In this document: positions 58,610-64,000 of the stretch, one piece after another
How the letters are laid out: every line of letters begins with the position of its first letter
Numbering within the stretch: position 1 is the first letter of the stretch
Assembly (NCBI GenBank): GCA_044222185.1
Contig: JBGANV010000005.1
Location: 402,425 to 466,424, forward strand
Source of the DNA: Planctomycetota bacterium
Lineage (GTDB): Bacteria > Planctomycetota > GCA-002687715 > CAIWVZ01
Direction: 5' to 3'
DNA length: 64,000 nucleotides
The notes under the pieces: model-generated
The model's input: only the letters and a program-made list of their open reading frames with translations
Databases searched by the model: none
Told to the model about the DNA's origin: nothing
Translations under genes and position numbers: made by a program

Positions 58610-58718
58610 GGTTCGCGAACTCCCTGCTTCTGGCGCTGATTTGGGTCCCGAAGGGCCTCGGCTAAATTGGGCGCTCATCGCGCCAAGACTAGCAAACCCC
58701 GCGACGAAGCAGCGCATC

Positions 58719-59972
58719 ATGGTCAAATACGATCGACTCACGCCCCCGCAGAAGGGCACCCCGATTACCGGCACGTCAGCCAGCCTGAACGTGCCTTCCG
58801 ATCCCATCATCCCGTTCATCCGAGGCGACGGCACGGGTGGCGACATCTGGGCCGCGTCCCAGCGCGTGTTCGACGCCGCCGTCCAGAAAGCGTACGGAGG
58901 GAAACGCCGGATCGAGTGGTTCGAGGTTTTTGCCGGCGAGCTGGCCAACGACACCTACAAGTCCCAGGTGTGGCTCCCGGAAGACACCCTGAAGGCGATC
59001 ACCGAGTATCGCGTCGCCATCAAGGGCCCGCTCACCACGCCGGTCGGCGGCGGAATCCGCAGCATCAACGTGACGCTGCGCCAGGTCCTCGACCTGTATG
59101 CCTGCGTCCGGCCGGTCCGCTGGTTCGAGGGCGTGCCGGCCCCGGTGAAGGAACCCGGCAAGCTGGACGTGGTCATCTTCCGTGAGAACACGGAGGACGT
59201 TTACGCCGGCATCGAGTGGAAGGCTGGGACGCCGGAAGTCGCGCGCGTCATCAACTTCATCAACTCCGAGTTCAAGAAGGACATCCGACTCGATTCCGGC
59301 ATCGGCATCAAGCCGATCTCGAAGTTCTGTTCGCAGCGCCTCGTCCGCGCGGCGATCCGGTACGCGATCAAGAACAAGAAGCGGACGGTCACGCTCGTGC
59401 ACAAGGGGAACATCATGAAGTTCACCGAAGGCGCATTCCGTGACTGGGGCTACGAGGTCGCGAAAGAGGAGTTCCGAGACCTGATCGTCACGGAACAGGA
59501 AGTCTGGGACGACCACGGCGGCAAGGCTCCGAACGGCAAGATCCTCGTCAACGATCGGATCGCGGATGCCATGTTCCAGCAGGTCCTCCTGCGACCGGAC
59601 GAGTACCAGGTGATCGCCACGCCCAACCTGAACGGCGACTACCTCTCGGACGCCTGTGCGGCGCAGGTCGGCGGGCTCGGCCTCGCGCCGGGAGCGAACA
59701 TCGGCGACCAGGCGGCGGTCTTCGAGGCCACGCACGGCACCGCACCGAAGTATGCCGGCCAGGACAAGGTCAACCCGGGTTCGGTGATCCTCTCCGGCGT
59801 CATGATGTTCGAATACCTCGGGTGGAAGGAAGTCTGCGACCTGATCATCCGCGGCCTCGAGCGCGCCATCCGCAACAAGACGGTGACCTACGACCTCGAG
59901 CGCCAGATGGCCGGGGCGAAACTCCTGAAGTGCTCCGAGTTCGGCACCGCGATCATCGACAACATGATGTGA
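58719..59972 (+). CDS. icd: Isocitrate dehydrogenase (NADP-type, E. coli-like)
   Basis: [60 protein letters not shown]. Confidence 0.97.
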   Translation: MVKYDRLTPPQKGTPITGTSASLNVPSDPIIPFIRGDGTGGDIWAASQRVFDAAVQKAYGGKRRIEWFEVFAGELANDTYKSQVWLPEDTLKAITEYRVAIKGPLTTPVGGGIRSINVTLRQVLDLYACVRPVRWFEGVPAPVKEPGKLDVVIFRENTEDVYAGIEWKAGTPEVARVINFINSEFKKDIRLDSGIGIKPISKFCSQRLVRAAIRYAIKNKKRTVTLVHKGNIMKFTEGAFRDWGYEVAKEEFRDLIVTEQEVWDDHGGKAPNGKILVNDRIADAMFQQVLLRPDEYQVIATPNLNGDYLSDACAAQVGGLGLAPGANIGDQAAVFEATHGTAPKYAGQDKVNPGSVILSGVMMFEYLGWKEVCDLIIRGLERAIRNKTVTYDLERQMAGAKLLKCSEFGTAIIDNMM

Positions 59973-59987
59973 GCTCGCCGTGACGGT

Positions 59988-60007
59988 GCGGGACCCGCGG
60001 GTCCCGC
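59988..60007. other. Perfect 20-bp GC palindrome just after icd (possible terminator or stability hairpin)
   Basis: gcgggacccg-cgggtcccgc; no T-tract follows. Confidence 0.4.
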
Positions 60008-60058
60008 CCGCACCGGGGTGAGCGGCGAAACTCCCTCGCGGTTAGGATCCGCGCCATC

Positions 60059-60583
60059 ATGAGCTCGCTCGAACACCTGAAGTCCCTCATTCGCGATGTC
60101 CCGGACTTTCCCAAGCCCGGGATCATGTTCCGCGACATCACGCCGCTCCTGCGCGACGGTCGAGCCTTCATCGAGACGATCGATGCGATGTCCCACTACG
60201 TGCATCGCCAGAAGGCCGACCTGATCGCAGCTCCGGAGTCCCGTGGATTTCTCTTCGGGGCCGGGGTTGCAGTGAAGACGGGCGTGGGGTTCGTGCCGAT
60301 CCGCAAGCCAGGGAAGCTCCCATGGAAGACGCGATCGGCGAGCTACTCGCTCGAGTACGGCACGGACCGACTGGAAATCCACGACGACGCGCTGAAGCCC
60401 GGTCAGCGCGTGGTCATCATCGACGACGTGCTCGCGACCGGCGGGACCATGAAAGCCTGCTGCGACCTCGTCACGCAGTCGGGTGCAACGGTCGCGGGTC
60501 TCCTCTTCGCGATAGAGCTCGCGGCGCTCGGCGGGCGAACGAAGCTCGCCGCCTTCGACATTCATTCGCTGCTGCGATACTGA
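60059..60583 (+). CDS. apt: Adenine phosphoribosyltransferase
   Basis: PDFPKPGI.FRDITPLL, ESRGF, RKPGKLP, Y.LEYG, IDDVLATGGT. Confidence 0.97.
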   Translation: MSSLEHLKSLIRDVPDFPKPGIMFRDITPLLRDGRAFIETIDAMSHYVHRQKADLIAAPESRGFLFGAGVAVKTGVGFVPIRKPGKLPWKTRSASYSLEYGTDRLEIHDDALKPGQRVVIIDDVLATGGTMKACCDLVTQSGATVAGLLFAIELAALGGRTKLAAFDIHSLLRY

Positions 60584-60596
60584 TCGCCCCCGTCGT

Positions 60597-61652
60597 TCAC
60601 CGCTTCTCGAACAGGCTGGCGCAGTCCTCCAGTCGATGTCCCTTGGCGTCGACCACGGAGAACTTTCCGCCCGGATAGAGCGACGCGCCGCCCGTGCGGC
60701 CCTGCTTGTCGACGCAGTAGTAATTGAGGTCGAAGTTGGGCCGCCCGGAATCGGCCAGCAGGTACTTCGCGCGTGTGAACTCGACGACGCGCTTGCACGC
60801 GAGCAGGCACGCGTCCTTCGGGTGCTGCCCCTGCCTCAGCGCCTCGACGATCAGGTGCGTGGCATTCGTGACGATGTTCGACTCGCCGCGGCCAGTCGAC
60901 CCCGCGGCACCAGCGGCATTGTCCACGAAGAGTCCGGCCCCGATGATGGGGCTGTCGCCGACGCGCCCTGGAATCTTGAACGCCATGCCCGACGTGGACG
61001 TGCAGCCTCCGAGATCGCCCTTGGCAGTGAGCGCGCTGCAGTGAACGGTCCCCGTGATGCCGAAGAATTTCTTCACGTGCTCGGGAACCGCGTCGTTGTT
61101 CGGCGTCAGCCAGAAGTCCTTCGCCGAGTGGCTCTGCTTCCAATAGAGCCAGATCTGACGAGCCTCGTCCGTCAGGAGATCCTCCTCCTTGAAGCCGTTC
61201 GCCTTCGCGAACGCGAGTGCGCCGGCGCCCACGAGCAGCGCGTGACTCGTCGTCTCCATGACCAGCTTCGCGACGCGCGATGGGTTCTTGATGTTCTGGA
61301 TCGACGCGACGGCGCCGGAGAGGCCGGTGGCCCCATCCATGACGGACGCGTCGAGTTCCACGATGCCAAGCTCGTTCGGAAGTCCGCCGAGTCCGACCGA
61401 GTGATCCGACGGATCGTCCTCCACGTGGTTGATGCCCGCGACGACCGCCTCGACGGGAGGCTTGCCCTCGAGCAGCAGCCTCATCGCTGTCGGAGTGCAC
61501 TGCGCGTGAGCATTCGCAGACCCGATGACGCAGGGCTCGACGCCACGACGAACGAGGATCTCGGGCGCATCCGTGCGGACGGGGAGCGCGGTCGCGGCCA
61601 CGGCGACGGCTGAGTGTTTCAGGAACGAGCGGCGCGACGTGCGGTCAGTCAT
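60597..61652 (-). CDS. Tat-exported N4-(beta-N-acetylglucosaminyl)-L-asparaginase-family Ntn hydrolase
   Basis: SRRSFLK twin-arginine signal; EDDP...SVG.GG.PN, ELDAS.MDG, TSTSG..FK.PGRVGDSPIIGAG, STG.GE; ggagg RBS before ATG 61652. Confidence 0.88.
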   Translation of the reverse strand: MTDRTSRRSFLKHSAVAVAATALPVRTDAPEILVRRGVEPCVIGSANAHAQCTPTAMRLLLEGKPPVEAVVAGINHVEDDPSDHSVGLGGLPNELGIVELDASVMDGATGLSGAVASIQNIKNPSRVAKLVMETTSHALLVGAGALAFAKANGFKEEDLLTDEARQIWLYWKQSHSAKDFWLTPNNDAVPEHVKKFFGITGTVHCSALTAKGDLGGCTSTSGMAFKIPGRVGDSPIIGAGLFVDNAAGAAGSTGRGESNIVTNATHLIVEALRQGQHPKDACLLACKRVVEFTRAKYLLADSGRPNFDLNYYCVDKQGRTGGASLYPGGKFSVVDAKGHRLEDCASLFEKR

Positions 61653-61812
61653 CGGGTCCTCCATGGGGCGGAGTGTACCTGCGACGACGACGCATCGTGT
61701 CCACTGGTGTGGACATAGGTACAGCCGGGCGGGGACCAATTGGCCCACTCGTGGTCCGGTCCGCCCGACGCCGTGAGCGTCAAAGGCGGCCGAGACCGCA
61801 GCTCGGGGGTTC

Positions 61813-61828
61813 CGGCATGGCCGGTGCG
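61813..61828 (+). promoter_or_regulatory. Weaker candidate sigma54 promoter (overlaps a TATAGT hexamer region) for the Pro/Gly-rich gene
   Basis: CGGCATG-GCCG-GTGCG, GG-N10-GC spacing, about 60 bp upstream of ATG 61889. Confidence 0.4.
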
Positions 61829-61888
61829 TATAGTTCGCGAACCCTGAGACGCTCGTGTTCGCCCGTTTGACGCGTCGAAGGAGAAGAG

Positions 61889-63943
61889 ATGTTCACCATG
61901 AAGCGCAACATTCCCTTCCTCGCTCTGATGGCTGCAGTTCTCCTCGTGCAGGGCGGCCTGGCCCAGGACCCGAAGAACAAGCCGAAGAAGGACGATCAGA
62001 CGAACCCGCCGATCCTCGGTGGGAAGCCTCAGCCCTCTCCCGCCCGTCCGGCGCCGCCGGCACAGCCGCCCGTGGGTCTCCCCCAGCGGCCCACACCTCA
62101 GCCCGGTCCGGCACCCAAGATCGGCGGCAACTTTCCGACCGACCCGCGGTCCGGAAGAACGTCGATCCCGAGCGGTCCGACGAAGGAGCCGCAGGGGCAA
62201 CCCCGTTCCGGCTTCCCCCAGCCGACGCCACCAGCGCCCCAGCCAGGCGGCGATGGAGGACGACCGCGCAACTGGCCACCTTCGACTGAGCCGAAGTCCG
62301 GCAACGGCGGGATCGTGAACCCACCGGCCCGGACCCCCGTGGGCGGCGACGGCGGACACACCACTCCCCCGGTTCCCCGCACCGTGGAACCGCGATCGGG
62401 CCGTGGTGGCGACCTGCCGAACACCGGCGGGAAAAACCCATCCGGTGCGCCCGCAACCGATCGCAGTGCGCCAAACCCCGTTCCGGCGCCAGGCGGGCTC
62501 AAACCGGACACGCCGTCGACGGACATCCCCGCGCCGCGCGCGCCGAGCAAGGTGGCGGCGCCGCCATCGAAAGGCAACCCAGGCGTGAATCCGGGCAACC
62601 CCGACACGGGGATGCCGCGGTCGAACGTGCCCGTGGGCAAACCGTCCGGCGGTCGCGGTGATGGTGGCGGACAGCCCGATTCTGGAAAGGGCGGACGGCC
62701 CGGTGGCCAGCCCGGTGGCCAGCCCGGTGGCCAGCCCGGTGGACCGGGCGGCGGCAACGGCGGTGGCGCCGGCCCCAGACCAGGGCCCGGCCCGACGCCG
62801 CAGACTCCCCCGGATCAACCCAAGATCGCAGGGCGCAACCGCGCTCCGATCCGTCCCAGCGGCGCTCCGTCCAAGGTCGTCACGGACTCCCCCGCCACGA
62901 CCGCCGGGAACGCCGGTGGCGCGAACGGTGGAGCCCCATCCCCGACCAAGCTGACGGGCGGCGGCCGCCAGGTCGGCCAACCCGACGGTGGCGCGAGCGG
63001 CGCCCCGCGACGCACGGCCGCCAACCCGTCCAACCCGGCCCCCGCGACCACGACCGCGGCACCACGCCTGAACTCGACGGAGGTCGGCGCGCCAGTCGCT
63101 GCGCCGGCACGCATGCAATCGCGCCCGGGCGATTCGGGGTTCCAACCGCGCAACAAGCAGGGATCGCTGCCCCAGACTGCAGAGTCGGGGAACGTCCAGG
63201 CGGGTGCGTCGGGTGGTAGCGGCAACACCTACGTCACGAACAACGTGACGAACGTGACGGTGAACAACTACTACGGCCCCGCGCCCGGAACGACGTACGT
63301 CAACAACTACTGCTACGAGTACCCCCGCCCTCGGCGGCACTCGGGCTGGTTCGTCGGACTCAGCGTCGGTGGTGGCGGGACGTCCCTGGCTGTCGGGTAC
63401 TCGTCCGGTCACTACCGCCCCGCGTACGCGCCTTGGGGTTACCCGTCGTACTGGGCCTGCCCGCCGGCGGTCTACCACTACTATGCAGCGCCCGTCGTCT
63501 ATGCGCCGGTCTACGCGGCACCCGTCATCGTCGAGCCCGTTGCATACGGCACGTCGTCGTATGCGTTCGGATACTCGTCCTTCGGTGGCTGCGCGTTCTC
63601 GAGCTTCGGGTTCGCCTACTCGAGTCGTCGCTTCGGCGTGGCGTTCGGATACACGGCAGCGCCTGCCTACACGGTCTACACGCCGGTTTACGACCCATAC
63701 TTCCAGCCGGCGTGGGTGCCCGGGTACTACGAGGTGATCCCAGAGCGCGTGTGGGTGCCCGGTCACTACGACCAGGTGGTACGCACACCGTTGATCGAAA
63801 CGGTCGTCGATCCGCTCGGCAACACCTACGACGCGGTGATCGAGCCTGGAGCGGTCGACTGCGCATGGGTGCCAGGCCGTTACGTGTACGAGTCGCGGCG
63901 CGTGTGGCGGCCCGGCCACTTCGAGTACGTGGCGGTCTACTGA
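61889..63943 (+). CDS. Secreted Pro/Gly-rich low-complexity protein with Tyr-rich C-terminus and W.PG.Y (YXWGXW-like) repeats
   Basis: aggag RBS; signal peptide GLA-Q; about 400 aa Pro/Gly-rich; WVPGYY, WVPGHY, WVPGRY, WRPGHF. Confidence 0.75.
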   Translation: MFTMKRNIPFLALMAAVLLVQGGLAQDPKNKPKKDDQTNPPILGGKPQPSPARPAPPAQPPVGLPQRPTPQPGPAPKIGGNFPTDPRSGRTSIPSGPTKEPQGQPRSGFPQPTPPAPQPGGDGGRPRNWPPSTEPKSGNGGIVNPPARTPVGGDGGHTTPPVPRTVEPRSGRGGDLPNTGGKNPSGAPATDRSAPNPVPAPGGLKPDTPSTDIPAPRAPSKVAAPPSKGNPGVNPGNPDTGMPRSNVPVGKPSGGRGDGGGQPDSGKGGRPGGQPGGQPGGQPGGPGGGNGGGAGPRPGPGPTPQTPPDQPKIAGRNRAPIRPSGAPSKVVTDSPATTAGNAGGANGGAPSPTKLTGGGRQVGQPDGGASGAPRRTAANPSNPAPATTTAAPRLNSTEVGAPVAAPARMQSRPGDSGFQPRNKQGSLPQTAESGNVQAGASGGSGNTYVTNNVTNVTVNNYYGPAPGTTYVNNYCYEYPRPRRHSGWFVGLSVGGGGTSLAVGYSSGHYRPAYAPWGYPSYWACPPAVYHYYAAPVVYAPVYAAPVIVEPVAYGTSSYAFGYSSFGGCAFSSFGFAYSSRRFGVAFGYTAAPAYTVYTPVYDPYFQPAWVPGYYEVIPERVWVPGHYDQVVRTPLIETVVDPLGNTYDAVIEPGAVDCAWVPGRYVYESRRVWRPGHFEYVAVY
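62699..62742 (+). repeat. 12-bp tandem repeat cccggtggccag x3.7 (PGGQ)
   Basis: Read directly in the coding sequence. Confidence 0.85.
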
Positions 63944-64000
63944 GTCGGTTTCCATCGAACGCGCGCCCCTCACGTGTGGGGGCGCCGCGCCCTGACGAAG

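Noticed and set aside
1-64000. Prophage, integrative element, tRNA or rRNA genes
   Set aside because: No integrase, transposase or phage structural motifs, and no cloverleaf or rRNA-like sequence seen in the intergenic gaps

Overview
GC-rich (roughly 70% by eye) bacterial chromosomal window with about 42 protein-coding genes. The gene repertoire (WD40 Ser/Thr kinase, ZAS-FecR-HEAT anti-sigma, HEAT and carboxypeptidase-regulatory-like proteins) suggests a Planctomycetota-like organism; this is inference. I found no rRNA, tRNA, CRISPR array, integrase or transposase. Housekeeping genes: msrB (partial), dusB, addAB, prolyl oligopeptidase, a PaaK-like/patatin/FadJ/thiolase operon, tgt, an RlmI-like methyltransferase, icd, apt and a Tat-exported glycosylasparaginase-family enzyme. 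The accessory content has five highlights. (1) A complete three-gene Shango-type anti-phage locus, followed by two copies of a ~200 bp palindrome-rich repeat. (2) An apparent signalling relay: ECF/anti-sigma pair, then a giant pseudokinase-STAND-GAF-sigma54 activator, a candidate enhancer and -24/-12 promoter, and a STAS-like gene with an orphan ECF sigma. (3) Five secreted proteins with unrelated N-termini that end in a similar 110-140 aa C-terminal domain, a candidate sorting or anchoring signal. (4) A propeptide-less matrixin paired with a separately encoded TIMP/NTR-like protein. (5) A frameshifted paralog with a G-tract. All calls come from reading motifs by eye; no database searches were run.
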